The translations under genes were made by a program, and so were the position numbers. From an uncultured Solibacteraceae bacterium (GTDB lineage Bacteria; Acidobacteriota; Vicinamibacteria; Vicinamibacterales; SCN-69-37), in the NCBI GenBank assembly GCA_964419785.1, contig CAYQRM010000136.1, positions 5,305 through 69,304 on the forward strand: a stretch of 64,000 nucleotides of DNA, given 5' to 3'. The number at the start of each line of letters is the position of its first letter. Positions within the stretch are counted from its first letter, which is position 1. Positions 18,823 to 28,660 of the stretch are shown piece by piece. Below the pieces are notes generated by a model that did no database searches, had not been told where the DNA came from, and was given only the letters and a program-made list of their open reading frames with translations.

Positions 18823-20564
18823 TCCGATCGCTTCGCGCCTTCGTCTGGCTGCGCTGGCGGCTCATCGTCAACGGCATCCGAAGCGGCCGTCGGCGCGACA
18901 CGCTCGAGCAGGTGTCGCGCACGCTGCAGACACTGTCGCCGATTCTTCTCGGCGCGTTGTCGGTCGGATCGATTGTCGGCGCGACCGTGATGGGATTTCT
19001 TGCAGGGCGAGCTGTCGCGCACGGAGCGATGCTGCCGATCGTCGGGTTCTTCCTCTTCCGGGCGCTCCTCGGCATCCTGCTGGTGATGTCGGTCGTGATC
19101 ACTGCCCTCGCGCCCACCCAGACGCAGATGACCAGCTACACGCGGCTGTTGCTGTTGCCCATCGCGCGATCGACGCTGCACGTGCTCGAGGTCGCCGCGA
19201 ATCTTGCGGACCCGTGGGTGGCCGTGCTCGTGCCGTTGCTGCTGACGTTCGCGCTCGGATTAGCCGTCGGCGGCCGGCCGGACGTCGGTGTCGTCGCCGC
19301 CGTGGCCGCGCCAGCGATGGTGTTCGTGTTCGTATCGCTGGCGGCGCTCGTGAGCTTCGCGGTGCGATGGCTGCTGCGCAGTCGACGCCGCGGTGAGTTG
19401 TTCACGCTGCTGTTCGTGCTGGGAGTATCGCTGCTGTCGATCGTGCCGGCGATCATGTCGTCGCGAATGGATGCCGAGAGACGAGCAAAGTCGCCGACGT
19501 CGACGACGACAACGCCGACCGGCGGTCGTCGCACGCGGTCCATGCCAAGCGAGCCGTTTTCAGTGGTGAAGTTCGACGCAGCACTTCCGCGGTGGACGCG
19601 TGCGATTCCGTCGGAGCTCTACGGTCTGTCGCTCAACTCGGCGATGGCTGGTCGCCAAGGCACCGCCTGGTTGGCCGTGGTCGTGCTCATTGCCGAAGGG
19701 TTGCTGCTCTTCGCAGCATCGTCGGCCGTGCACGCGAGGCTGATCGGGTCGCTCGAAAACGAGCAAGATCATCGGCGCCGAATTTCCAAGCCGCTCGGCG
19801 GATTCGAACTGCCGTTCGTGCGACCGTCCGTCGCAGCCGTGGCGATGACCTATCTGCGGATGGCGCTGCGATCGGTGCGCGGCCGGTTGGCGATTCTTCT
19901 GCCCGCGCCGATGCTCCTGGCGATTGCGGTGCTTGTGCGGCGGATGCCGGACGTGCCGGACGGGATGTCGGCTGTCTTCCACCGGGGCGATCTGTTGTTC
20001 GGCGTCGGATCGGTATTGGCTCTGCATGCGCTCCAGCCTTTCACGATGAACTTGTTCGGCACGGACAGAGCGGGATTGACGTTGCTGTTTCTCTCGCCGA
20101 TCGACGATCGCGACCTCGCCCGCGGCAAGATCCTTGGCTGCGCGTTGCTGCTCGGCGTTTCGATGTCGCTTTGCCTTGTGGGGGCGGTGATCGTCGCGCC
20201 GGGCGGCGAGGTCTGGACGTGGCTCGCTGTGCCGATAGGCATCGCGGCCGTGTGGCTGTGGGCATCGCCGCTGGCGGTGTGGCTGTCGATCCTCTTTCCG
20301 GTCGCGGCCGATCTCAGCAAGACGGGCAAGGGCGGGAATCCACATCCGCTGGCGATGCTCGTCGGGCTCGTCGCCGTGATGGCGCTGCTTGTCCCGACGG
20401 CGCTGTTATTCGTCGCCGCGGAGTTTTGGCTGCGCGAGCCGCCGCTCGTCCTGGTCCTCGAGCTCTCCTGGCTGCTCGTCGCCGTGCTCGTCGCGTGGCC
20501 CCTCCTCAACCTCGCGGCATCCTCCCTCTCCAGCCGCCGCGAGAATTTGGCGCTCCTGAGGTAG
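18819..20564 (+). CDS. ABC-2 type permease (duplicated membrane domains)
   Basis: ATGA-coupled to the ATPase; about 12 hydrophobic helices in two halves; LLLLPI and LLFLSPI..DL..GK motifs. Confidence 0.75.
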   Translation: MIRSLRAFVWLRWRLIVNGIRSGRRRDTLEQVSRTLQTLSPILLGALSVGSIVGATVMGFLAGRAVAHGAMLPIVGFFLFRALLGILLVMSVVITALAPTQTQMTSYTRLLLLPIARSTLHVLEVAANLADPWVAVLVPLLLTFALGLAVGGRPDVGVVAAVAAPAMVFVFVSLAALVSFAVRWLLRSRRRGELFTLLFVLGVSLLSIVPAIMSSRMDAERRAKSPTSTTTTPTGGRRTRSMPSEPFSVVKFDAALPRWTRAIPSELYGLSLNSAMAGRQGTAWLAVVVLIAEGLLLFAASSAVHARLIGSLENEQDHRRRISKPLGGFELPFVRPSVAAVAMTYLRMALRSVRGRLAILLPAPMLLAIAVLVRRMPDVPDGMSAVFHRGDLLFGVGSVLALHALQPFTMNLFGTDRAGLTLLFLSPIDDRDLARGKILGCALLLGVSMSLCLVGAVIVAPGGEVWTWLAVPIGIAAVWLWASPLAVWLSILFPVAADLSKTGKGGNPHPLAMLVGLVAVMALLVPTALLFVAAEFWLREPPLVLVLELSWLLVAVLVAWPLLNLAASSLSSRRENLALLR

Positions 20565-20678
20565 GGACGGGGCTTTTTTCCACAGATTTGGCCCAAAAGG
20601 CGCCGGAGGTCGGCCGGACACTTGCCTGCCGACCTCCGGTACCTGGCAAGCCGAATCTGTGGAAAAAAGCCCCGTCCC
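20564..20678. repeat. 115-bp nested palindrome (REP/MITE-like)
   Basis: Outer arms gggacggggcttttttccacagatttggc / gccgaatctgtggaaaaaagccccgtccc (28/29 match); inner arms ccggaggtcggc / gccgacctccgg. Confidence 0.85.
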
Positions 20679-20679
20679 C

Positions 20680-20708
20680 GAACCTTTTATACTTGTCGAA
20701 CGTCTACA
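20680..20708 (+). promoter_or_regulatory. ECF-sigma-type promoter (GAAC-N17-CGTCTA) with overlapping palindrome TGTCGA-ACG-TCTACA (candidate PadR operator)
   Basis: AAC 20681-20683, CGTC 20701-20704; identical spacing upstream of the two other ADOP genes. Confidence 0.6.
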
Positions 20709-20719
20709 GGAGAAGCGCA

Positions 20720-21055
20720 ATGGCCAAGAACTCGAAAAGTGACTTGTTGCAGGGCACCCTCGACCTGCTGATCCTCAAGACTCTGGCCCTCGGCTCGCAG
20801 CACGGGTGGGGCATCTCTCAGCGCATCCGTCAGATCTCCCAGGACGTGTTGCAGGTCAACCAGGGATCGCTCTATCCCGCCTTGCACCGGCTCGAAGAGC
20901 AGGGCTGGATCGCCTCGGAGTGGGGCACGTCGGAGGCCAATCGGCAAGCGAAGTTCTACAAGCTCACACGCGCCGGCGAGCGCCAGCTCGCGCGCGAGAC
21001 GGCGAGCTGGGATCAAATCTCAGCGGCCGTCGCACGAATCCTTCAGACCTCATGA
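20720..21055 (+). CDS. padR: PadR-family transcriptional regulator (acidobacterial type)
   Basis: LLQGTLDLLILKTL, HGWGISQRI, QGSLYPALHRLE..GWI..EWG, AKFYKLT..G; AGGAG RBS. Confidence 0.95.
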   Translation: MAKNSKSDLLQGTLDLLILKTLALGSQHGWGISQRIRQISQDVLQVNQGSLYPALHRLEEQGWIASEWGTSEANRQAKFYKLTRAGERQLARETASWDQISAAVARILQTS

Positions 21056-21079
21056 CCTAGCGGAAAGGACCATCCGATC

Positions 21080-23746
21080 ATGTGGACGCGACTTCGGCAG
21101 GGCCTGCGTTTCTTCCAGCGCGGCGATCGCATGCACGACGAGATCCACCGCGAAATCGCGTCGCACGTGCAGATGGAAATCGATCACCGCATTGCCGCGG
21201 GCGCGTCGCCAGACGAGGCGCGCCGTTCCACGCTGATCGACTTCGGCGCCGTTGTCGCCATCGAAGAACAAGTCCAGGATGTTCGCGGACTCACATTCTG
21301 GGATCACCTCACTCAGGATCTTCGCTACGGCTGGCGCACACTTCTCCGATCGCCGGGCTACACCCTGGCGGCCGTGCTGACGCTTGGCCTGGGCATTGGT
21401 CTGAACACGGCCATGTTCAGTGTCATCAACGGCACGCTCCTCCATCCGTTGCCGTACCGTGACAGCGGCCGCCTCATCCGCATCCGCCTCGACGCACCGC
21501 TCGCGAATCGTCCCAATCTCGGCGTGTCGATCGCTGAGACGCGCGACCTTCGCGCTCGCCTCACGGGCCTCGAATCCTTCGTCGAGTACCACTCGATGCA
21601 TTTCGTCCTGCTCAATCAGGGTGAGCCTCACCGCGTGAACACGGGGGTCGTATCGTCGCAGTACTTCGACGTGTTTGGTATCAAGCCCCTCTACGGTCGG
21701 ACGTTCACGGAGTCTGACGATGTGATGGGCGCCGAGCCGGTGCTGATTCTGAGCCACGCGTTCTGGCAGACCGAATTCGGTGGCGATCCCAACGTCGTCG
21801 GCAAGACCGTCCGGATGAACGATCACAGCCACACGATCGTTGGCGTTCTGCCGGCGATCCCGCGCTATCCGAATGACGACGACGTGTACATGCCGACGTC
21901 GGCGTGCCCGATGCGCGCCGGCGCCGAGCCGGACAGCCTTACTGATCATCGCGCGTTCTCGTTTCTCAACGTCTTCGGACGGATGAAGCCGGGCGAGACG
22001 CTCGCATTGATCAACGCCGAGGCGCAGGCCGCCGGGCGCAGCTGGGTGGTGGAAGACGCGTCGCAGTATCAGTTGCTGTCGGGCTTCACGGCGTCGGCCG
22101 TGTCACTCGACGAGGAGATTACCCACGAAGCTCGGCCGATCCTCTTCACGCTCATCGGCGTCACCGCGCTCGTGCTGTTGATCGCCTGCGCCAACGTCGC
22201 GAATCTCTCACTCTCGCGGATGCTCGGTCGCGGGCGCGAGCTGGCGCTGCGGTCGGCGCTTGGTGCGAGCCGAGGACGATTGACGCGACAGCTCGTCACC
22301 GAGAGCCTCATCGTCGCGTTCGCCGGCGCCGCGCTGGCGCTGGCGATTGCGTCACCGGCGGCACGACTGCTGGCCGGCTTCGCGAGCCGGTTCACACCGC
22401 GCGCGATTGACCCGTCGATCGATGGCGTTGTCCTCGGCTTCACGCTCGTGACGGCGCTGCTCACGGGGTTGCTTTTCGGCACGGCGCCATCGCTCAGCGC
22501 GCGCCGCGTCGTCATGACGGCGCTCAAGGACGGCGCGCCGCAGGGCGGCGAAGGCCCGCGCCGCCAACGTATGCGTTCGGTGCTCGTCGTCGCGCAAGTG
22601 ACCGTGTGCTTTGCGCTCGTCGTCGCCGCCGGATTGTTTCTCGAGAGCCTGCATCGGCTGTCAACCGTCGACCTCGGGTACACGGATGACGAGCACGTGC
22701 TCACGGCGCAACTGCACGGCAACTTCTCGCGTCAGATGGCGCAGACACCAGAGGAATTCGCCCAGTTCTACAACGCCGTGCTCGACGGCTTGAAGAGGAT
22801 TCCCGGAGTCATTTCCGCGTCGGTGACGAATGCGCTGCCGATGACCGGCGGCCCCGGTCCGTTGCCGCTCAGCATCCGTGGTCAGGCGATGCCGGAGCCC
22901 GCGCCTACAGTGGACGGCAACATCATCACAAGCGAATACTTCGCGGTCCTCGGCGTGCCGGTGATTCGCGGCCGGACGTTTGCTGCAACCGACAATGCCG
23001 ACGCTCCGCGCGTGGCCATCATCAATCAGTCGATGGCGAAGCTGTGGGACAAGCGCGATCCGATCGGCCACGAGTTCACCGTCCCGGTCGGCAACGGTGA
23101 CCCGGCGACGTTCCAGGTCGTCGGCATTGTCGGCGACATTAAGCAGTACGCGATCGATCAGCAGACCCTCGCTCAGTTCTTCGTCCCGATGGCCCAGGGG
23201 CCGAGATTTGGCGCGCAGGTCATGCTGCGCACGTCGCGCGATCCCCTGACGCTCGCTGGCGCGCTCAAGACGGTCGTCCACGGGCTCGACAACCAGATTC
23301 CGGTCGAAGACATCCAGACGCTGCGCGAGCTGCGGCTGACGCAGCTGCAGTCGCCTGCGCTCGCGACGGGACTGCTGTCGATGTTCGCGGCTCTCGCGCT
23401 CGTGATTACGCTCGCGGGTATCGCGGCCGTGATCGCGACATCGGTCAGCCAGCGCACGCGCGAATTCGGCGTGCGCATGGCCCTGGGCGCGAGCAGAAGC
23501 GCGGTGTTGAGCCTCGTTCTCGGTCAGGCCGCGCGGCTCCTGGTCATCGGGCTCGTGCTCGGCACCGGCGGCGCCCTCGTATTCAGCCGTGTGCTCGCGC
23601 AGTACCTCTTCAACACGCCGCCGAACGAGCCCGATATCTACATCGCGGTCGCGGCCATCGTGTTGGTCGCGGGAACCATCGCGTGCCTCGCGCCGGCGCG
23701 GCGCGCGACGAGGGTCGATCCGCTCATCGCGCTCAGGGCTGAGTGA
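21080..23746 (+). CDS. ADOP-family duplicated ABC permease (MacB-like) with N-terminal prefix domain
   Basis: [14 protein letters not shown], two RELALR.ALGA / [11 protein letters not shown] motifs, [13 protein letters not shown]; N-terminal [15 protein letters not shown] extension. Confidence 0.92.
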   Translation: MWTRLRQGLRFFQRGDRMHDEIHREIASHVQMEIDHRIAAGASPDEARRSTLIDFGAVVAIEEQVQDVRGLTFWDHLTQDLRYGWRTLLRSPGYTLAAVLTLGLGIGLNTAMFSVINGTLLHPLPYRDSGRLIRIRLDAPLANRPNLGVSIAETRDLRARLTGLESFVEYHSMHFVLLNQGEPHRVNTGVVSSQYFDVFGIKPLYGRTFTESDDVMGAEPVLILSHAFWQTEFGGDPNVVGKTVRMNDHSHTIVGVLPAIPRYPNDDDVYMPTSACPMRAGAEPDSLTDHRAFSFLNVFGRMKPGETLALINAEAQAAGRSWVVEDASQYQLLSGFTASAVSLDEEITHEARPILFTLIGVTALVLLIACANVANLSLSRMLGRGRELALRSALGASRGRLTRQLVTESLIVAFAGAALALAIASPAARLLAGFASRFTPRAIDPSIDGVVLGFTLVTALLTGLLFGTAPSLSARRVVMTALKDGAPQGGEGPRRQRMRSVLVVAQVTVCFALVVAAGLFLESLHRLSTVDLGYTDDEHVLTAQLHGNFSRQMAQTPEEFAQFYNAVLDGLKRIPGVISASVTNALPMTGGPGPLPLSIRGQAMPEPAPTVDGNIITSEYFAVLGVPVIRGRTFAATDNADAPRVAIINQSMAKLWDKRDPIGHEFTVPVGNGDPATFQVVGIVGDIKQYAIDQQTLAQFFVPMAQGPRFGAQVMLRTSRDPLTLAGALKTVVHGLDNQIPVEDIQTLRELRLTQLQSPALATGLLSMFAALALVITLAGIAAVIATSVSQRTREFGVRMALGASRSAVLSLVLGQAARLLVIGLVLGTGGALVFSRVLAQYLFNTPPNEPDIYIAVAAIVLVAGTIACLAPARRATRVDPLIALRAE

Positions 23747-23748
23747 GG

Positions 23749-23862
23749 CTTGAAAGTCGAGAAGTCGAGAAGTCGAGAAGTCGGGAACTCGGGAAGTCGC
23801 AGCGAACACATGGCGCTGAGGCCAGCTTCACTCTTCAACTTCCCAACTTCTCGACTTTCAAG
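23749..23862. repeat. Inverted GAGAAGTC 8-mer arrays with perfect 17-bp terminal inverted repeats, between convergent ADOP genes
   Basis: cttgaaagtcgagaagt (23749-23765) / acttctcgactttcaag (23846-23862). Confidence 0.8.
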
Positions 23863-23882
23863 AACGCCTGGCTTCTCGGCCT

Positions 23883-26408
23883 TCACGAATTGCGCATCGC
23901 CTGAATCGGTGCGATGCGCGCCGCTCGTCTCGCCGGCAGCCAGCTCGCCAGCAATCCGGCCGAGGTGAGCACGCCGACGACGAGCGCGATGATCAGCGGA
24001 TCGGCGCCACGTCCCTGATAGACGACTGATCGCATGCCGAGCCCAGCGGCGAACGAAAGCACAGCGCCGACCACGAGTCCGATCATCGACCACACCAAAC
24101 CTTCGCGTACGACGAGCCACGTGACGCCAGAGGGTGTCGCCCCGAGCGCGATGCGGATGCCGATCTCGCGCGTGCGGCGCGAGACGATGTACGCTTTGAG
24201 GCCGTAGAGGCCGATCGTCGCGAGAAAGAGCGCCGCGACACCGAACGTGCCGAGGATCGCGGCGAACATTCGAACCAACAAGAAGAGATCGTTTTCCGCG
24301 CGCCAGCCCGCAAGCGTCTGCACGGCCAGAATCGGCAGGCCAGCATCCACCGATGTGATCTCGCGGCGCAATCCCGGAAGCAGCGCGCCTTCCTTCGCGC
24401 CGGCCGACGACGTCCGCACGTGCAGAAAGGCGTTCGATCGGAATGTCTGGCCGTACGGCACGTAGAGATGCGGCTCGGCGCTTTCCGCAAAGAGATCGTC
24501 CCGGACGCCGGCAGCAACGCCAACCACCTCGAGGACCTGCGGTGGCTTCGCGTGCGTGCTGTCGTCGAGCTGGATCGACTGACCGATCGCGTTCTCCGTG
24601 CCGAAAACCTTGCGGGCGAGCGGTTCGTCGATGATCGCGACGTTCGGACCGCGCTCGAGCATCTCCTCCGACGCCGTGAAGTCGCGCCCCGCGAGCAGAT
24701 TCAACCCGACGGACGAGAAGTAGTCATGCGTGATCGACGTGAATGTCGCGGTCGCGAGGCCCGCGGCGTTGCGCGCATCGTTCGGATCGATCTCGGGACC
24801 GGCTCTTTGCACCGTCTGACTATCCGACATGTCGCCGAAGGGCATGATTGACGCGAGGCTTGCGGAGGCGACCTCCGGGCGCGCGCGGACGCGATCGAGA
24901 ACGCGTCGATAGATGTCGCGCGCCCGCGCTTCGTCGTAGCCGGCAAGGTTCGTGTCCATCTGCACGAGGATGCCGCGGTCGAACGTGAAGCCGGGATCGG
25001 CGCTGGCCGACTCGACGGCGCCCCGAAACGCGACGGCCGCGAGCGTCAGCATGACCAGCGAGAACGCGAGCTGTCCGGTCACGAGCAGACTCGAGATCGA
25101 CAGCCGGCCGCGGCGTCCGCCAAGCTCGCCGGCCTGGTCCTTCAACTCTCGCCCGGCCTGCGTGCGCGCGAGCTTGAACGCCGGCAGCGTCGCGAACACG
25201 AGCGTGGCGATCACGCAGCTGGCCAGCGCAGCGATCACGGTCCGCAGGTCGGGCGTTGCGTCCACCATGAACATGACGGGTGTCACCGGCGTCAGCACGG
25301 CGAGGAGCGAGCGCACCGAGAGTGCGGCCAGTAGAAGACCTGCGGCTCCGCCCACGAGCGACAGCACGAAGCCTTCGATCACGAGCTGACGCACCAGCCG
25401 CGCGCGACTGCCGCCAATCGCAAGGCGGATCGCGAATTCCTTGCGTCGCGCGCCGCCGCGCGCGAGCAGCATGTTCGCGAGGTTGAACGACGCGATGACC
25501 AGCACGATGGCCGCCATGCCGAGAAGCATGGTGATCACGCCAGCGATCTCGCGATCCGTCGTCGGGCGCGTGCTGATCGAAAAGCGCGAAAGGGGCGCGA
25601 CAAGCAATTCCTGATCGCGATTCTCGCCTGAGGCGGTCGCGCGCTCGAGGCTCGCCGCCTGCAGCGCCGGCGTCAGGGACGCCATCGTCGCGCCCGGTTT
25701 CAACTGGGCGAGCACGATCAGGCTGTACCGCTGCCGGTCCCCGAGCGTCGTCCCCGCGCCGCCGCGCATCACGTCTTCCGTGATCGCGTCGTACACACCG
25801 GTCGGCACCCAGAGTTCCGGCGTCACGAAACCGAGCGATCCGCCGAAGCCTTGTGCCGCAACGCCGACTACGGTGAACGCGCGCCCGCTGAGGCGAATGG
25901 TCCGACCGAGGATGTCGGTGCGGGCGCCGAGCCGCCGCCACATGCCATCGCTCAAGACCGCGACGAAGATGTTGGCGCTGGGACGTTCTTCGTCAGCCGT
26001 GAACGTCCGCCCCAGCGCGACGGGAGCGCCAAACGTGTCGAAGAAGTTGGCCGTCACAACGTCGGCGAGCACGCGCCGCGTGCTGTTGCCCTCGGTGAGG
26101 CCGGCGAGCGTGAGGTTGTGGGCGGCGAGCGACGCGAAGAGGTCTGTCCGTGATCGCAGCTCGGCGTAATCGGGATACGAGAAGGCACGGTACCCGTCGG
26201 GATGCGTGCGGTCGCGCGTGTAGAGGCCCACGACTTCGCCGGCCGGCCGGCCCACTCGAGGCCGGAGCAGCAGGGAGTCGGTCAGCGAAAGGACCGTTGT
26301 CGTGGCGCCCGTGCCGAGCGCGAGGACCAACGCGGCCGCGGCCGTGAATCCGCGATGCCGAATCAGCAGGCGAAACGCATAGCGGACGTCTTGGAGAACC
26401 GAAGTCAT
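23883..26408 (-). CDS. ADOP-family duplicated ABC permease (no prefix domain)
   Basis: QDVRYAFRLL..HRGF, RRKEFAIRLAIG.SR.RL, RTREIGIRIALGA, PARRAARI.P. Confidence 0.92.
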   Translation of the reverse strand: MTSVLQDVRYAFRLLIRHRGFTAAAALVLALGTGATTTVLSLTDSLLLRPRVGRPAGEVVGLYTRDRTHPDGYRAFSYPDYAELRSRTDLFASLAAHNLTLAGLTEGNSTRRVLADVVTANFFDTFGAPVALGRTFTADEERPSANIFVAVLSDGMWRRLGARTDILGRTIRLSGRAFTVVGVAAQGFGGSLGFVTPELWVPTGVYDAITEDVMRGGAGTTLGDRQRYSLIVLAQLKPGATMASLTPALQAASLERATASGENRDQELLVAPLSRFSISTRPTTDREIAGVITMLLGMAAIVLVIASFNLANMLLARGGARRKEFAIRLAIGGSRARLVRQLVIEGFVLSLVGGAAGLLLAALSVRSLLAVLTPVTPVMFMVDATPDLRTVIAALASCVIATLVFATLPAFKLARTQAGRELKDQAGELGGRRGRLSISSLLVTGQLAFSLVMLTLAAVAFRGAVESASADPGFTFDRGILVQMDTNLAGYDEARARDIYRRVLDRVRARPEVASASLASIMPFGDMSDSQTVQRAGPEIDPNDARNAAGLATATFTSITHDYFSSVGLNLLAGRDFTASEEMLERGPNVAIIDEPLARKVFGTENAIGQSIQLDDSTHAKPPQVLEVVGVAAGVRDDLFAESAEPHLYVPYGQTFRSNAFLHVRTSSAGAKEGALLPGLRREITSVDAGLPILAVQTLAGWRAENDLFLLVRMFAAILGTFGVAALFLATIGLYGLKAYIVSRRTREIGIRIALGATPSGVTWLVVREGLVWSMIGLVVGAVLSFAAGLGMRSVVYQGRGADPLIIALVVGVLTSAGLLASWLPARRAARIAPIQAMRNS

Positions 26409-26414
26409 CCCATC

Positions 26415-26442
26415 TGAGACGGGGAAGAAGAAGGATTAGTTC
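26415..26442 (-). promoter_or_regulatory. ECF-sigma-type promoter GAAC-N17-CGTCTCA, 9 nt upstream of the ADOP start
   Basis: Minus strand reads GAAC taatccttcttcttccc CGTCTCA gatggg ATG; no SD sequence. Confidence 0.6.
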
Positions 26443-26455
26443 GAGAACCCGGTGC

Positions 26456-27682
26456 TTATCTCCTGTCGACGACGGTCTTTCCTCCCTTCATGACCCAGAC
26501 GACGTGGTTGATGACGACGTCGATATCGGCGAGTGGGTCGCCGTCGACAGCGACGATGTCGGCCCAGGCGCCGGGCGTGATGCGGCCGAGATCGGACGCG
26601 TGGCTGAGGAGCGCCGCGGGAATCGTCGTCGCGGTCTCGAGCGCTTGCGCAGGCGTCATGCCGGCCTTGATCATCCACCCCAGCTCACGCGTGTTCTGAC
26701 CGAACATCGAGTACACGGCATCCGATCCCATTGCGATTTTCACGCCGGCGGCGACCGCGCGCTTCGTCGATTCGAGATTCTTCGCGATGTAATCCTGGAG
26801 CGGGCCAATGGTGTCGGGCGCGAAGCCGTATTCGTCCTTCGCGTCCACGTAGTAGCGGTTGTGATCAATGGTCGGCACCCACACGGTGCCGCGCTTGACC
26901 ATATCGGCGATCGTCTCATCGTCGAGATCGATGCCGTGCTCGACGGAGTCGGCGCCGGCGCGCACGGCGTCCTTCACGCCGGACGGACCGTACGAATGAA
27001 TAGCGACTTTGTGTCCCAGCGCGTGCGTCGTATCGACGAGAGCCTTCATCTCGTCGAAGGTGACGGTTTGCGTCGTATCGACGCTCTCGAAGCTGCCGCG
27101 CGAGCCGTAGAGCTTGACCCAATCTGAACCGGCGTCCACGCGCGCCTTCGCCTGTTGGCGCATCGCGTCTGGATTCGGACCGCCGCGACCGGCCGAGATC
27201 CCCTGGCCGGCGACGAACATACGCGGGCCGATGGCGGTGCCGGCGTTGATCGCGTCGCGCGCGGCGTAGTCGAGGCCGCGCGACGCGCCGAGGTCGCGGA
27301 TCGTCGTCACGCCCGTCTCGAGTGTGCGTCGGCCGTTCTTGATCACGTCGTCAACAGTTGTCGGCGACGTGCGCCGGCCGCGCGGCTGCGTGCTCGGCGC
27401 GCCGTCCCAGTAGTACGTGATGTGCGTGTGCGCGTCGATGAGGCCAGGGATGGCCGTGTACCGGCGGAGATCGATGACGCTCGCGCCAGCCGGCACGGCT
27501 GTGTCGCCCGAGCTGACGCTCACGACGCGCTCGCCTTCGACCACGACCACGGCGTCTTGCGTAACGCGGCCGGTGCCGTCGACCAAGGTGCCGAATCGGA
27601 GGGCGGTCAGGGAGGCGTGCGGCGCATGGGCCAAGGGCGCGAAGAGACTTAGGGCGAGGGCGGAAAGCAGGGCGCTTCGCAC
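26456..27682 (-). CDS. Secreted metal-dependent amidohydrolase (Xaa-Pro dipeptidase-like, Amidohydro_1)
   Basis: PGLIDAHTH, GVTTIRDLG, WVK, VAIH, SVEHG, AMGSDA, ADIVAVDGDPL. Confidence 0.9.
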   Translation of the reverse strand: MRSALLSALALSLFAPLAHAPHASLTALRFGTLVDGTGRVTQDAVVVVEGERVVSVSSGDTAVPAGASVIDLRRYTAIPGLIDAHTHITYYWDGAPSTQPRGRRTSPTTVDDVIKNGRRTLETGVTTIRDLGASRGLDYAARDAINAGTAIGPRMFVAGQGISAGRGGPNPDAMRQQAKARVDAGSDWVKLYGSRGSFESVDTTQTVTFDEMKALVDTTHALGHKVAIHSYGPSGVKDAVRAGADSVEHGIDLDDETIADMVKRGTVWVPTIDHNRYYVDAKDEYGFAPDTIGPLQDYIAKNLESTKRAVAAGVKIAMGSDAVYSMFGQNTRELGWMIKAGMTPAQALETATTIPAALLSHASDLGRITPGAWADIVAVDGDPLADIDVVINHVVWVMKGGKTVVDRR

Positions 27683-27704
27683 GGAAGGGTCTAGGGTAAA
27701 CCTT

Positions 27705-27830
27705 AGAAGTTCGGGTGAATAGAGAACTGAGAAGTCCGGGTGAGCTGAGAAGTCCGGGGTGAGCTGAGAAGTCCGGGGTGAACTGAGAAGTCCGGGGTGA
27801 ACTGAGTCCGGGGTGAACTAAGAGGTCCGG
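27705..27830. repeat. Tandem array of 18-19-nt unit GAGAAGTCCGGGGTGAACT (about 6-7 copies), left flank of four-helix-bundle gene
   Basis: Units start at 27729, 27747, 27766, 27785, 27804, with partial copies either side; no unique spacers. Confidence 0.9.
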
Positions 27831-28243
27831 CGCCCCAGCCGTCTCGGGCGGCCCTTGCGTTTGAGGGCGCGGTCCTTGGCCGCCAGGGCGCACTGCGTGT
27901 GGTAGAGGTTGAGCGTCGCGCGGCGGCAACGCTGCGCCCAGACGAGCGCCGCGCGGCAGTCAGGTTCGATGAAGTGGCCGCGATCGATTCCGTCCTTCAC
28001 GTGCGTGACGGCTTCGCGGAGAGAAGCAAGCGAGTAGCGAAGGAACTGCGCGAACTCGCCGGCCTTGCCTCTCCCAAATCCTTCACTTGTCGTCGACGCT
28101 ACTCCAGCGGCCGCTCGGCGCAGTTGATCTGTGAAATCGAAATCCTTCCGCGCGCCTGGCGAGGCCTTGACTAGCGCGTAGACCTCGAGCTTGAACTCTT
28201 CAGCAAACTGATACGCGATGAGATCTTCAAGCGTGCGAGCCAT
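27818..28243 (-). CDS. Four-helix-bundle protein (TIGR02436 / 23S rRNA-IVS / Avd-like family)
   Basis: MARTLEDLIAYQ.A, DQLRRAA..V.S..SEGFGR....EFAQFLRYSLASL.E; start reassigned to ATG 28243. Confidence 0.9.
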   Translation of the reverse strand: MARTLEDLIAYQFAEEFKLEVYALVKASPGARKDFDFTDQLRRAAAGVASTTSEGFGRGKAGEFAQFLRYSLASLREAVTHVKDGIDRGHFIEPDCRAALVWAQRCRRATLNLYHTQCALAAKDRALKRKGRPRRLGRRTS

Positions 28244-28386
28244 GATCTTCAGCTGTGCAACTCGCACGCCCGATTCGCGAGTGAATTTCCGCCAGATTCT
28301 CTCGCGCGTCGCAATTTCTGCGATCTCGAGCGCCGCGTCGGCTTGCAGAAATCTCATCACCTCGTCGCGGACTTCTCGTTGCATTC

Positions 28387-28530
28387 TGGACTTGCCGGTT
28401 CACACGGACTTCTCAGCTTATCCGGGCTTCTCAGTGCGCTTGGACCTCTCAGTTCGCCTGGACTTCTCAATTCACCCGGACTTCTCGGTTCACTCCCGGA
28501 CTTCTTAGTTCGCCCCGGACCTCTTCGTTC
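28387..28530. repeat. Degenerate inverted array of the same 18-19-nt unit (GGACTTCTCAGTTCACCC, about 8 copies), right flank of four-helix-bundle gene
   Basis: Reverse complement of the 27705-27830 unit, e.g. cggacttctcggttcac, tggacttctcaattcacc. Confidence 0.85.
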
Positions 28531-28619
28531 TTTACTTTTTTCTTCTTGTGTGCAAAATAAGAAGTCCCGCCCGCCGGATCCCGGCTCGGGACCAGGCCGA
28601 AGCCAAACGAGAAGCGATT

Positions 28620-28660
28620 GACGAGCGCCGTCGGAGACGGTGGTCGTGTTTCGTGTTTTT
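28620..28660 (+). promoter_or_regulatory. Terminator-like hairpin in the leader of the GSIII gene (possible attenuator)
   Basis: acgagcgccgtc-gga-gacggtggtcgt followed by gtttcgtgttttt, about 60 nt before the start codon. Confidence 0.35.

Noticed and set aside
27818-28243. Diversity-generating retroelement, because the protein is Avd-like
   Set aside because: No reverse transcriptase and no template/variable repeat pair with adenine-specific mismatches was seen in the window.
27705-28530. CRISPR array interpretation of the 19-nt repeats
   Set aside because: Units are head-to-tail with no unique spacers, are too short, occur in inverted orientation on the two flanks, and no cas genes are present.
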